Part shown: in pieces, positions 28,801-41,332 of the stretch
Layout: each line of letters opens with the position of its first letter
Numbering within the stretch: position 1 is the first letter of the stretch
Assembly: GCF_032062105.1 (NCBI RefSeq)
Contig: NW_026940042.1
Location: 1-64,000 of the forward strand
Length of the DNA stretch: 64,000 bases
Origin: Saccostrea cucullata
Lineage: Eukaryota
Reading direction: 5' to 3'
Made by a program: the position numbers and the translations under genes
Notes under the pieces: generated by a model
Told to the model about the DNA's origin: nothing
The model's input: only the letters and a program-made list of their open reading frames with translations
Databases searched by the model: none

Positions 28801-30319
28801 AAAGCTGTGTTTTGTTTGTGGACATCAGTGCCCAGACAGGAAGAGATTGTTTAAGCATTGTGAGGAGGTCCATTTCATCACAGGCCACAATAACCGCTTC
28901 ACAGAATGCATGCAGTGTGTGTCTTACTTCAAATCAAGAAAAGGAATCATGGATCATCTTCAAAAGGTTCATGGGGTAAAGTGTTCAAGTCTTCATGAGA
29001 AAAATCACATCTGTGTCATCTGTGAAGAGAAGTTTAGTGACAATGTTCAACTTGCTAAACACGTCAAGACGCATGGGATCCAGTTTACTTGCAAGCACTG
29101 TAGCAAGAAGTTTGATAGTTATTCAAAAATGGCAGCTCATTTGAAAATACACTCCGAAAAATTCACAAAGAAGCCTATGAACTGCATCATTTGTACTTTA
29201 TCTGTACCAGAAGAATCCTATATTGGACATCTGATCGTTCACTATGATAGAAAATATGGGCCTTGGAAATGTCGTGTGTGTGAGAAAGACTTTTATCTGA
29301 GAAAAAATCTTAAAGAACACCTTAAAGGAGAGCATAAGATTTTTATTTGTGAGAAATGTGGCAGAACCTTCAATTGCATGTACTCATTCAGAAAACATGA
29401 GTCAGTGCACAAAAACCAAATCAAGTGCACCTTGTGTAGCAAACAGTTTGCAAATAAAATAGAACTTGCTATCCACAGGAGGGTTCACATCAAGTATTGG
29501 ATTTGTCACATCTGTGGAAGGAATCTTCCCAGTCAAACATCACTGAATAGCCACTTAAAAGCCCACAGGGAGAAAAGGATAGTGACCTCAGCTCAAAAGT
29601 CCGAAAAGTTCTGTCAGATCTGCAACAGATCTTTCAGCAACCATGAGATGTATCAGAAGCACAAGACCATTCACAAAGGTGATAGACTTCACAGTTGTCA
29701 ATACTGTGGAAAGAAGTATTCCTACATTGGTTCCTTGAAACTTCACTATCGCAACTGCCATCCTGAGCACAAGCCCTATAGATGTGTAGTCTGTGGAAAA
29801 ACCTTTTCCACTTTCCACCAGAGAGTTCTCCACATGAGAGAACATAAAGATTACAAAGATCCCATTAGACCCTTCAAATGCTCTTTCTGTTCAGGAAGAT
29901 TCAAACATAAAATGAGCCTACAGCGTCATGAAAGACTAAAGCATTTCAATGAATCACTGAATGGCTTCAGATGTGACAAATGTGACAGAGAGTTTGAAAA
30001 TGGACAGAACTTGCTAAGACATGCAATGTTTTGTGAGCCAACTCAGCATCCTCTACAAGCAACTGGAGCAGGTTCCAGTGTCATAGTGGAGAATGAAAGT
30101 GCAGAGCTAGAGGTGGTGGCAGAGGAGACAATAGCAGGCACCTCCAGTGTACAATACTCAGTGGAACCTCAGTCTATGCAGGTCCACACTATTAACATTG
30201 GGTCTGAGGTGCTGTCTGTAGCCTGCAGTGACCAGGAGGAACTGATCCTTGAGGTACCAGAAGGGATGCTTGTGGAAACAGACATTGGGTACCAAATCAT
30301 CGTGTCAAAGGGAAATTAA
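22695..30319 (+). CDS. Multi-zinc-finger protein, ~1899 aa (ZAD-like N-terminus plus ~30 C2H2/C2HC fingers); exons 22695-22867, 23561-23699, 23963-24098, 25068-30319
   Basis: The 1707-aa ORF is open upstream to an acceptor (tttgtag|at, 25068). Three upstream exons have GT-AG boundaries and compatible phases (2,0,1), totalling 5700 nt. About 30 CxxC...HxxxH/HxxxxH/HxxxC motifs were counted by eye; basic PKRRK NLS-like motif. An alternative exon-2 donor at 23777 keeps the same phase. Confidence 0.88.
23561..23699 (+). CDS. Zinc-finger gene coding exon 2 (RCTSSILQVHKTQEES...SSAAE)
   Basis: tttag|G acceptor and GAG|gtaaag donor; lies inside the 23508-23825 ORF. Confidence 0.75.
23963..24098 (+). 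CDS. Zinc-finger gene coding exon 3 (DPELDWFFVSF...FFQYCT)
   Basis: ttttttag|GAT acceptor and ACAG|gtactc donor; phase 0 in, phase 1 out, matching the 25068 exon. Confidence 0.75.
24365..24752 (-). mobile_element. Helentron-associated short element in zinc-finger intron 3
   Basis: ttatgtccccc...gagggcata hairpin, ctgt microsatellite, internal duplication, gggggcata...aaacacctcttgtt end. Confidence 0.65.
25068..30319 (+). CDS. Terminal 5.25-kb coding exon of the zinc-finger gene
   Basis: Uninterrupted ORF containing all C2H2 fingers; TAA at 30317-30319; AATAAA at 30377. Confidence 0.95.
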
Positions 30320-32192
30320 ACATTAAGCTTACATTACTGTTTGTATGGATATGCAAGTATAATCAAATTAGCACTCAATAAACTCCCTTCTTATTTTAAG
30401 CTCTAATGCACAGGTTACGTGAGCTTTTGATTTTTTCTCACAAATGTCTTTCCATCTAGCTGCCTGCTTGCATTGTTTGATTCCTCCTCTAGTATTGCTA
30501 GACCAGTTCAAACCAAATTTTCTACTGTGAATGGATTGATAGAGGGGATTCACTTGAAAATATAATGATTCCTATACTTTATTTGAATTAAAACTTGACT
30601 TCCATGATAAGGAATGGATTGGAAAATTCTTATAAAAACTTTTTGTCAAAAAAAAAACGGAGTTACATTTTTCAAGATTAATATTCAAATATATTCATGC
30701 AGCGTTGACTTTGGTTCAAAATTTGGCCGTAGAGTAAGGACTGGTCCAAAATTAGAGCCACTGTAATACTGAAAATCTAAAATGAACAAGGGAGGCTTTG
30801 TTTAATTAACCAATTAATTAATCAATACATAGCATTTTTATGTTGTATTTTTTCCACTAGTTAGATATTGTTTCCGGTGAGCAGAGTGGCCAAAGGATCT
30901 CCTTTTGGTTCATTTTAGATGCTTGTAACACAGCCAATAGATATTACCTGAGTCATTTCAAAGGAATTTTTGTTGAAGTTGATTTGTAATGAAAAAGTCA
31001 AATAGAAACATATTCTAAATGCATACAGTTATAACATAAAAATGTTAGCATTAAGTATGAAACTAATATGAAAAAGAGCATCCTATGATTCTAAATGCTG
31101 TCCACTTTCCATTCTGAATCATGTTTATAGGGCTACCTATACATTATTATTTGTGATAACCTTTCCTGCCAAAATTTGTGTAGTATTTTTGGGGGTGGGG
31201 ATGTGATAATCACATTTTGGATATTCTTTACCTTTCAAACATATGTGTTACATAAATTACAAATTTCCCTAGCATTACTGAGACCATTTTATTGTGATGT
31301 GGATTGTGTGAATAGACTCATCAATCTGACAATTATTCATGTAAAAGGAAAAACATTTTCAGGCTGTTAACCTTTGTATGGGTTTGTTAATCTGATAATC
31401 TTATGGAGCTGTTGATTTATGTGACAATTATTGAACACGATTATGCTGTGACTTTTTCAATTCAGATTGGCTGTTTTGAATTAAATGTTGATGAACGATT
31501 GAAGAATTATACCAGTGATGAAGAATCTTACCAATTTAACTTGAAAAATTATTGATTAAGAAGTTTTTTTTATTAATTGACTCTTTCAATTTCTTTTAGT
31601 AATTCAATTTGTTGGATGCCTGATTAATGCTGCAATTCATTTAGTATAATGAGTTAAGAGTATTAATCATATTTTTCAGTGAAGCTACATGAATCAATTT
31701 TAAAATAAGAAAAATGGTTGTATAGAAATCCCTTACTTTTATACTTATTTAATGACTTGTGGATGTACTTGCATTTACTTTTTCAATTTTTCTATTGCAC
31801 AACTTTATTTCAGTATACTGTAATATTTTATTCAGTGCTATTTGAATTGATAAAGTTGGGAAAAATTGCTTGTAAGTTGTCTTGCTTGCCATTAATTTGA
31901 TCAGGATATATATAGTTATATATATATTTTAGATAAATGAAACTTTTTGATGAAAAAAGAGAAAGGGTGAGAAAATGCAAAATTAATGAGTTGATGGAGT
32001 TTGAAGATGAAATATTTTGCGCTGATCATTCATTCCTTAATTCTTTTGTTAGAATGGCCTAAAAAACACTGAATAAACAAGTCTGTAGCTTGTAAGGACC
32101 CAATTCCCTCATAAGCAAATCTTTAAGACAGTAAAACAATTTTTTGCTGGCACTCGAGTCACTCAGTTGACTGATTGCTATGAAATGAAACG

Positions 32193-32680
32193 AAGTGAAG
32201 ATAACGAACAGAGATTAAATTCACAAAGAATACAAAAAATACAATCCTGTGAACAGAGAACAAACAGAGACTGACATTCTAGAGGTGGAATCAGGTGCCT
32301 GAAAGGAGTAAAGCTTCCCCTGTCGACCGGTCACACTCGCTGTGAGCATTATGTATTGATCAGGTAGACAACAGATTGTATAGTCAAAATGGGTATAAAA
32401 CAAAGGCCTAACAATTGGTATGAAACAAGTCAGCCAAAATACAATAAGTTGATTTGCTAATGAGATCATTATAGCAACCATTGAATTTATAAAATGCAAT
32501 GTACTGACTTTAAATGAGGTTGAAATCCATGCAACTTCAACTTAATTGTGAGCAGCATGTCTCAGTTTAAAAATTGATCTTACTTGTACTCGCAGGATGA
32601 TCTTGGGTACCATGAAAACTGGAAGACATAAATACCATAAAAGAATGGATGATAGTGGAATATTTCAAAAAAAAAATAAG
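32193..32680 (-). mobile_element. Degenerate Penelope-like retroelement 3' fragment
   Basis: Shares the gaagataacgaacag...aggtggaatcaggtgcc...gaccggtcacac module with 34848-35020 and 48990-49100. Confidence 0.55.
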
Positions 32681-32700
32681 AAAAGTTGATAAACATCTTG

Positions 32701-33473
32701 TTTTTAGCTCACCTGAGCTAAAGGCTCCAGTGAGTTTTTCAGATCACCCATTGTCCATCCTTCTGTCTGTCCTTCTGTAAACTTTTCACATTTACAACAT
32801 CTTCTTAGGCTACTGGGCCAATTATGACCAAATTTGATACAATGCATATTTGGCTAAAGTGGAGTTTGAATTATTAATATGGAGGGCCAGGTCCCCTTCC
32901 AAGGGGAGATAATCAAGAAAAGACAAATATAGGATGGGGTCATTAAAAAATCTTCTTGAGAACCATCTGGCCAGAAAAGCTGAAACTTATATGGAAGTAT
33001 CCTGGGGTAGTGTACATTCTAAATGTTTCAAATCATGACCCCCTGGGGTAAGGTGGGGCCACAATAGGAATTCAAGTTTTACGTACATTGAAATATTTAG
33101 GAAAAACCTTTTCAAGAACCACCGGGCCAGGAAAGCTGAAACTTGTGTGGAAGCATCCTAGGGTAGTGTAAATTCTAAATTGTTCAAATCATGACCCCAG
33201 GGGAAGGACAAGGCCAAAATAGGGAATCGTGCAAGTTTTATATTGAAATATATAGGAAAAACCTTCAAAAATCTTCTTCTCAAGAACCACTTGGGCATGA
33301 AAAGCTGAAACTTATATTTATGCATCCTTGGGTAGTGTAGATTATAAATTGTCCAAATCATGACCCCAGGGAAAGGGTGGGGGTCACAATAGGTATTACA
33401 AGGGGGTGAATCTGGTAAGGAACATCATATGGCTAAAGTTAGTCAGGTGAGTGATGTGGCCCATGGGCATCTT
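32701..33473 (-). mobile_element. Non-autonomous Helentron/Helitron, same family as 12113-12968, inverted
   Basis: ttttagctcacctgagc start, 156-169-bp repeats (aatcatgacccc), caggtgagtgatgtggcccatgggc end. Confidence 0.85.
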
Positions 33474-33838
33474 TTGACGAATAAATTCCGAATGAAACGG
33501 GCCGATGTATTGTTATGTTGTCAGGCGACGCGCAATGACCTAGGCCTAGAAGTTGTTTGGTCTTGAAAATTCGTCTCGCTCCAACATTTGAATATTAACA
33601 ATGATGTTCAGCAGTCCTGTTCAGGAATTCTTTGTTCATAATGTAAGAGCAATGATACCTACTAAGAATAATCTAACTATTTTATGAATTCTTAATATAT
33701 TTGAAGTCAGCAGTGATATCTCCTGTTTTACTCAAAGGTCAATGTCAAAATTTGAAAATATTTATATCCATGGAAAAGACTTAAGCTTGCCACACTGAAT
33801 ATACATGTATATTTGACGTATGGACAGCAAATTATTTC

Positions 33839-34123
33839 AAACAAGATGTGTTTGTGAAACACTATGCGCCCAGTGGCAACAAAGTTCGAAAGAAAAACTA
33901 TTTTTAGCATATAGGTCACAGTCAACGTCACAAGGTCATTGACCTAGTGTCATTTGAAAAAAAACTCAATTAGTGGAGAATGCATACGAAATATGAAGTC
34001 TCTATCTCTCATGGTTCAAAAGTTACGGCGAAGGTTAAAGTTGACAACAGACAGACAGACAAACAGATAAACAGACAGGACAAAAAAAAATAGACGCCGA
34101 TCTATCGATCTGGGCGCATAAAA
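33839..34123 (+). mobile_element. Helentron-associated short element
   Basis: aacaagatgtgtttgtgaaac start, acag microsatellite, terminal hairpin ending gggcgcataaaaa. Confidence 0.7.
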
Positions 34124-34847
34124 ATCTAGAAATTTTTGGCAAAATAGGGTCAAACTCCAATGTCAAGACTCAAGAGGTCAAATATTTGGTAACCAACGAA
34201 AGGCCTTGTCACATGAAATACACATATAAAATATGAAAGCCATGCCTCCAACCAATCAAATGTCAAAGCCAAGGTTAGAGTTTTTGCAGACGAACAAACA
34301 GACGGACGGAACAAGAAATTATACCCCCTGAATCTTCAATGACTGGGCCTAACACATTTAAAAGATGCACATGTTCCCCTGAAGTAAGTTAACCGTTTGC
34401 GACAATGTGCAGGTCCTGTATTTGTAGTGTTGATAATTTGGTACAGCACAGGAATACATGTACTGATTTTCTCTCCTACGTGGGCATCATTTGATTTCTT
34501 GTAAATATTTCATATTGATCACATAGTAGTTCTCATATGCAGTTCAATTCCATTGAAGAAAGAAATTAATGTCCTACATTTTACATGCTTGTAAGGCTCC
34601 TTACTTCAATTGTATTTTAAAAGAGCTGTATAATTAATCGCAGTGAAAGAGAACCGTTAAGGTAATGTTTAACAAAATATTCGAGAAGTGGTGAAAATCA
34701 GATATAGATTATTACTTTAAAACTAAACACATGCCGTGGCTTAAATTTCAGCTCGATATTTTACAAACAGAGTTTATTCCAAAATTAAACATATCGCAGA
34801 GTCTGAAACATCTGTTTCATATTTGGATATTTTACTACGAAACATAT

Positions 34848-36050
34848 GAAGATAACGAACAGTACTAGTATTCAAGAGCAAAAGTCCATAAAACAATACA
34901 AAACAGGAGCAGAGCAAACACGGATCTCCAAAACATCAGAGGTGGGATCAGGTGCCATGAAGGAGTTCAAACATCCCCTGCCGACCGGTCACACCCGCCG
35001 TGTGCTCCTTGTTATGATCGGGAAATAACCAGGGATGTCAACGAATAGTCGACTATTCGACTGTCAGTCGAAAGGACCGACTATCGAATAATGCGACCGA
35101 CTATCGACTAAATAAAATACGATAAAAAAAGGAGCGATAACTCTTGATTACAAATTTATGAAAAAGTTATAATCTGATAATTGTCAATAACAATTGCTTT
35201 TCTGATAAATTATGAATCACTATGCTGGGTTTTGTTTCTAAAATTATAATGAAAACACAGTTAATTAGACATTAAATTCCATGTATCCATAGTATTGTTA
35301 TTTTAGTAATGTTCAAAGGTTCACGTACGGTAGCCAAGACACATTTTGATAATTTGATAATTATTTTTATAAAAACACGCATACTTTGTAGTGTTGTAAG
35401 CTAGGGCATTTAACCGTTTTAAAGTTAATACGGTAATCGGTATTAACAATGTCACACGGGCCCCTGACGTGTAGATGCTGTGTTTATCATATTTTATTTA
35501 AATGAGTTTTAAAAAATACTTGCTGGTAGTTTTTGATGCATAATAAACCTAAATAAATATAATTTCAATTAAACATAATAGCTAAAAATCAAGTGCTTGT
35601 GAATATAGATCTGTCAAAAGCATACGTAATGCATACACCAAAGAAGGATAACTCTTGCATAGTCTATGCAAACGAAAGTAAAACGGAAATCAAGTTTTTA
35701 TTACGAAAAAAATGTTCCGAATAGTCGACTATCGTTCGAATAATGCAATCGAATGTTCGACTAAGGAAAATAAATATTTTGACATCCCTAGAAATAACAG
35801 AAAAATCCGTCGTCAATTCATTGTATAAATAAGGGACTATCAATTAGTTTGAAAAACGTCAGTCAGCATTTGACTCAATGAGAAATTATATTTGCTGACA
35901 AGGTCATTGTATCGACCATAGAAATTACGAAATGATGACTTTAAATAAGATTGCTGATGTTCTTGTTTTATCAACTTGTTTGTCAATAATTTGCTTCGTT
36001 TTAGAAATAGTTCATATGTAGAACATGCTCTTGCGTATTGAGTCAACTGT
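34848..36050 (-). mobile_element. Penelope-like retroelement fragment (RT C-terminus plus 3' module) interrupted by a hAT MITE
   Basis: ORF 35840-36046 QYARACSTYELFLKRSKLLTNKLIKQ...FYGRYNDLVSKYN matches the Penelope RT thumb pattern. Confidence 0.75.
35030..35790. mobile_element. hAT-type MITE
   Basis: TIR cagggatgtcaa / ttgacatcccta, perfect 8-bp TSD gaaataac, subterminal cgactat/tcgaat repeats. Confidence 0.9.
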
Positions 36051-36364
36051 AAAAAGGGTCAGCAAAGCGCAGTAGTTTTTTCAAGGGTCGCGGAATAGGA
36101 AGTCGATACCTAAACCGTGGGTTCGAATTCCACAAGTGGACAATGAGACCGGTCTTTCGTGCTGACACGAAAAAAATAAATCATCATTACACAAGAGTCG
36201 TAAGTGCCGAGTACAGATCGAAAGTTAAAGTGGCATCCTATTAAAAATTCTCGAAGGGTCATTAGAAATACTATAGTAAACAAATAAAAAAACTTGAATA
36301 ACACGTTAATGGTAACCTTTCAACAATTTTTTTTAGGATGAAGGTGCTGAATTCAACCTCCCCT

Positions 36365-36740
36365 TTTTAAACTTCCCTTATTTATTGAACAATATACCCA
36401 TATCACCAGCATATGGAGTTTGTCTCCTATTTGATTCAATATGCAAAATCTTGCTTTACGTACAGTTTCTAAAACTATGCAAGCTTATGACTAACAAGTT
36501 GATGAAACAAGGATACCAACTGTCTCCTTTTCGTCAACATTTAACTATATGGTCGATAAGTAAACAATCAAAATCGTTTTGCCATTACTTCTGAATTAAC
36601 ACACTGAATTAATGTTTACGGATTTTTCCGTTTGCCGATCATGACAAGGAGCACACGGCGGTGGGATTGGTAGATAGGAGATGCTTACACATAAGTGGCA
36701 CCTGATTCCACCTCTGCTGTTTTTGAAATCTGTGTTTGCT
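36365..36740 (+). mobile_element. Penelope-like RT fragment (frameshifted) plus 3' module
   Basis: NFP...NNIPISPAYGV...TNKLMKQGYQ, followed by gcacacggcg...ggcacctgattccacctct. Confidence 0.7.
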
Positions 36741-37559
36741 TTGCTCTCATTTGCTGTTGTTTCAAAGTACAGGTCGAAATTTTCGTGTTACTATTGAACA
36801 TGCTTACTGTTCGTGTATCTCCAAATCTTTAAGATTATTCACAAAACTGATGCCGTTTCTTAATGATTTCTCCTCTGAGGTTCACATTCAGAAAAGTAGG
36901 ATTCAGTGTATTAATGGGGATTGTCTACCGGAATATTTTTGTTGCTGGGTAAATAGATTTCAAACGGTAATTTATCGAAGATAACTGCTGTTTTATGTTT
37001 TAGGGGTAAAACTATAAGAATGAATTGAATTTTGATTTTGGTCGTGTTACAACCAATTAATCGCCTTGAATGTCGCCCATTACATTTGGTTGACAAGATT
37101 TAGACTTTTTCCTAATGATGGGGTACTTCCAACTACAGCTCAGGAAATAAAGAATACGAGAAACACACGAAGGGGTTTAATAGATACAATAAATATGGAA
37201 TAAAACCGGAAGATCATTGACTTCGAAACTTCGGTCAAAGCCAAATAATGCTAAGATGCTAAAGAATATTCCTATAAAACCGAGGTCTCCATTCCGAGAA
37301 GCAATTTCACACCCGGAGTTACAGCGGGACACGATATCAATATTTGTAGGCACAAAGAAGGCCCGACAAGGAGTTTTATACACTTCAACACCTAATTACG
37401 CCTGCACTCACTGGTTTCAAACCGTTTTAAATGCATCATAATCATCGGCGCTGGAGCAAAAATCCATCACTGTGTTTACTTTGTAATGTCCAAAAATGTC
37501 AAAATTCTTTCTCGCTGTCCTCACATGAACTTGATAAGCAATTTTTTTCAGCATTTGAC

Positions 37560-39239
37560 ATGGAAAATATCACCTCTACTGGCGTCTACGAAAATATAAC
37601 TGAACCCGAGGTATCGTCTGCAAAAAGTTCTCCATTCCATCCTGCCCGGAGTGGTTACGATTTACCTGTGTACGGTCTTGAGAATGGACAGTTTTACTCC
37701 ATACACATTCCTGCAATCACTTGTATTGTCCTTAGCTTTATTTCTGCTGTAGCCATCATAATTGCATCCTTTAGACTACAGAACATCAAGACATTTTTCT
37801 CGTGGACAAAGAGTGAACGGTTTGTTGTCTATTTGGCACTGTGTGATGGACTTTTCAATATTGCGCATAGTTTGGACCATACTCACATTGTTCTGACCAG
37901 AAACCACGTGTACCCCAAGGAACTGTGCGAGTTTTACGGCTTTATGTTGGCCGAGTTCATCACTGCTCAAAATCTTATGGTGAACGTTGTTGCGCTGAAC
38001 GTTTTCATTTTGATATATTTCACGAAAGACTTGAATTTTGGCGTCTATGATTGGCGTCTTCTTCTGTACACCTTTGGCCTTCCATGCGTCGGAGGAACTT
38101 TGGCTGCTTACTTCGATATGCTTGGACCTAATGGTACTTTGTAAGTTAACGTGACATATAAATGTACAGATCTGTATTTTATGGTTTATGTTCTTTGATT
38201 TTTTTTTCATTTAATTAAGGTATTCAATGCCTTTTCTTTGCTATACTAGTAGTCTTCCCGGCGTTTTGACGATTTTTTATTTGCATAATAAATAAAAGAG
38301 AATATGTTCAATAGAGAAATCTGTTACATTAGTCTGAAAAGGGGTCCGGAGAGCCACTGGAATGTCGCAAGGAAGTTCTGACGCGTAGTCGATATCATAA
38401 ATGAGAAGCGCTTTATTCCAATGACTTGGATTATTTCATTCATACTAAATATCAATGGCCAACACTTTTTTGAAAATATTGTTTCTATAATCGATCGATT
38501 TTTTAATCTGATTTATATAACAATCAATGAAGATTTGCAGAAACATAGACAGTCAGACAATCGCAAAAAATTGCTCATTTCAAGATTTAGCAAAATTAAA
38601 TAATCAAAAAAGCCAAAGTATTGTTTGCTCTGCTCCTATTTTGTATTGTTTTATGGACTTTTTTGCTTGGATGCTATTGGTTATCTCCAAATGTTTCGTT
38701 ACCAGGAAAATTTAATAAAAGATTATTTATATAATAATTAAGTTCCGGATAATAGAATAATACTGTATTTTTTGTTTAGCTGCTATTTTGACGGGGTTAA
38801 GGGAGAAGTTGCCAACCTGTTCTTCACCACTGTACCACTTTTAACCGTCCTTCTCATGAATATCATTGTCTACGGCCTGACATGGAAGCGGATAAGAAGC
38901 GAGTCTAAGCGTCTCCAGCACACCCTGGGTCAGGAAGCCGCCACCATCCGGGCTTCTCTCCAGGCGGCGAAGACCATGTCGCTATTTGTCACGGCCTTCT
39001 TCGCCCAGTGGTGGGCCATGGCGCTGTACGGAATCTGGCAAATGCTGGCCCCTGTTCCCCAGACTCTGTTTCAGTTCGTGACGACGTTTTCTAACATTGG
39101 CGGTATCCTTAACGGTATCGTCTATATCCTCATCAGACGACGGAGAGCCAAGGCCAAGTCCAAGAGAGCAGCGAATGTGGACAAGAAATTTCAGAATATC
39201 AATTCTGTCAGCGATAAAGTTGAAAATTCAAGTGTTTGA
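37560..39239 (+). CDS. 7TM GPCR, cAMP-receptor-like/GPR157-type, copy 1 (346 aa; exons 37560-38140, 38780-39239)
   Basis: Seven hydrophobic segments, N-terminal NxT sequons, ERFVVYLALCD in TM2, TM3 Cys, ECL2 GPNGTFC across a phase-2 intron (TT|gtaagt...tttag|C), TM7 GGILNGIVY; no DRY or NPxxY. Confidence 0.9.
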
Positions 39240-40040
39240 ATCTGCGTTTGCGTGATGTTTGGGTCAATTTAGGAATGTTAATATTAATTTGACTGAAAAA
39301 TCAATATAGAATTCACGTACTACTGATTAAACACTTGTCGACACGAGGTTGAAGGATTTTGCTAATCTAAATCAAACAAAATTTTGATAATTGAAGCACT
39401 TAAAACGTTTTAAAAAGATATAAGACTAAAATAAACCCTTGATATTTGAATATTGTAGTACATATATATGTATTTGTTGTATTTGTTCCTTATGCAGCTG
39501 CTTAAACAAAATAAATTGTAATATTTGGTTTCTTGCGATGAAAATCTCAGTCGCTAAAAATTATAATACATGCCTCTACAGCTGTTTCATTTTTATATAC
39601 TATGATTTTCTTCTACATCATGTATTTTGAATAATTCTCGAGGTAACTTCGACTTATTTTTCTAACAACCATAACACTCATCTAAAACATACTTCTATTG
39701 TGAAACAAACATAAAAGTCATGAATAAAAGTTTTAAAAATTCGCTTTATAGTTTGTCTTAATGGTTGTTATTAAGTTTTAATTTGTGTTTCTCATCAGAT
39801 ATTCATTAATTTGTGATTTTTTTTTAAAGAATAAAAGGTGTTGAAGAAATTGGTCCCCATGGCAGACGAGCATGATATAGAAGCAAAAAGTATAGAGTTT
39901 AAGGATAAAAATTACAGTGTTTAAAGTAACTTATTAATTTAAGAGTAAATAAGTTAATTCTTTTTAAAATACATTAAAAATCAAATATGCGAATGACACA
40001 ACGATTTTTTCTCTCGTCGTTATCCATGCATTAGTTTTAT

Positions 40041-41279
40041 TAGCTGCAGATCTGTAGCGTTATGGTTTTATTTATTTGTCTTCAACCACAACGCTACAGA
40101 TCTCGTTATGCAAAAAAGGTGCAAATTACGGCGCAATATTTTTGCGCTTTTTGGGGGGAAATTTCTCCACTTTCTAGCATTGGTTAATCAACTACCTTTC
40201 ATTCCCTAATTCTAGACACATTCTGTAGCCAATATGTATATTTTATCCACCTCCCAACCATTTATAGTTGTCTCTACAGGCAATAAACATAGGCGCTTTG
40301 TTTCAGGATGGTGTATTTTGTGTATTATGTGAGATCTAGCTTCAAAAATGATTGAATAACGCCTTTCAAGCGTCTGCCGATTTGAACTTGCCGTATAAAA
40401 CAAGCAGTAAACCCCAAAACGTCCTCGATACCTAGTACAGAAATCGAAAGCAACAGAAGTGCCAATTTTTACGATGAAAAAAGTAGAGGTGTTCCGGAAT
40501 TACATGGAAAATCTAGAGAGGTCAGAAACCGCGCCAAACTTGTTCTCTCTAGATTTTCCGTGTAATTCCGGGACGCCTCTAGATTTTTCATCGTTAAAAG
40601 TCGGCACTTCCGTTGCTTTCGATAAATAGGTGCAAGAATCGAGGACGTTTCGGTTCACTGCATGTTTAAAACTACATCTGTAGGTCAACAGATGATAGGA
40701 AGTAGTCATTCAATCATTTTCGAAGCTAGATCTCGCCCGACACTGGTAGGAAAAATGTAGATATAGATGAAAATTAAGTGTGAACCGAGGTACCCCCGAT
40801 TTTCAAGATGTAGAGTGACGCTCCTTTACTTTTTTTATATACAGTAAATATGACATTTTTAAAACGTGCTAATTTCAGCAAATTTTTATTTTTATTTTAA
40901 TGAGGGTATTCAGACAAACCTAGAAAAACACATAATACAAAAAATACACCATCCTGAAACCAAGCGCCTATGGCAATAAACTCGCTTGAAGTGAATTTCA
41001 GCAAACTAACAAATAATTTTAATCAAGCGAGTTTATCACTTGTAGAGACAACTATAAAGGGCTGGGAGACGGATAAAATATACAGATTAGTTAAATAATG
41101 TGTCTAGAATTAGGGAGTGAAAGGTAGTTAATTGACCGATGATGGAAAGTGGAGAAATTCTCCCCAAAAGTGCGCAAAAAATATTGCGCCGTAAATTGCA
41201 CCTTTTTTGCATTACGGGATCTGTAGCGTTATGGTCAAAGACTAATATATAAAATCATAACGCTACAGATCTGCAGCTG
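40041..41279. mobile_element. Foldback DNA element with ~290-bp TIRs and 9-bp TSD (AcademH- or MULE-like)
   Basis: tagctgcagatctgtagcgttatg...cataacgctacagatctgcagctg, flanked by tagttttat / tagttttgt; inner palindrome 40332-40733. Confidence 0.8.
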
Positions 41280-41332
41280 TAGTTTTGTTTGTTCGCATTG
41301 GAAATTAAAGTCTAAAAAATTAAGTTTTAATT

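Noticed and set aside
26163-29845. Overlapping and antisense ORFs within the zinc-finger exon
   Set aside because: Shadow frames of a long coding exon with no independent motifs.
36060-36140. tRNA-like B box ggttcgaattcc
   Set aside because: No cloverleaf can be built; at most a decayed tRNA-derived SINE head.
37431-37559. N-terminal extension MHHNHRR... of GPCR copy 1
   Set aside because: Contains an acceptor (tttttttcag at 37551) and has no counterpart in paralogs; Met 37560 is preferred.
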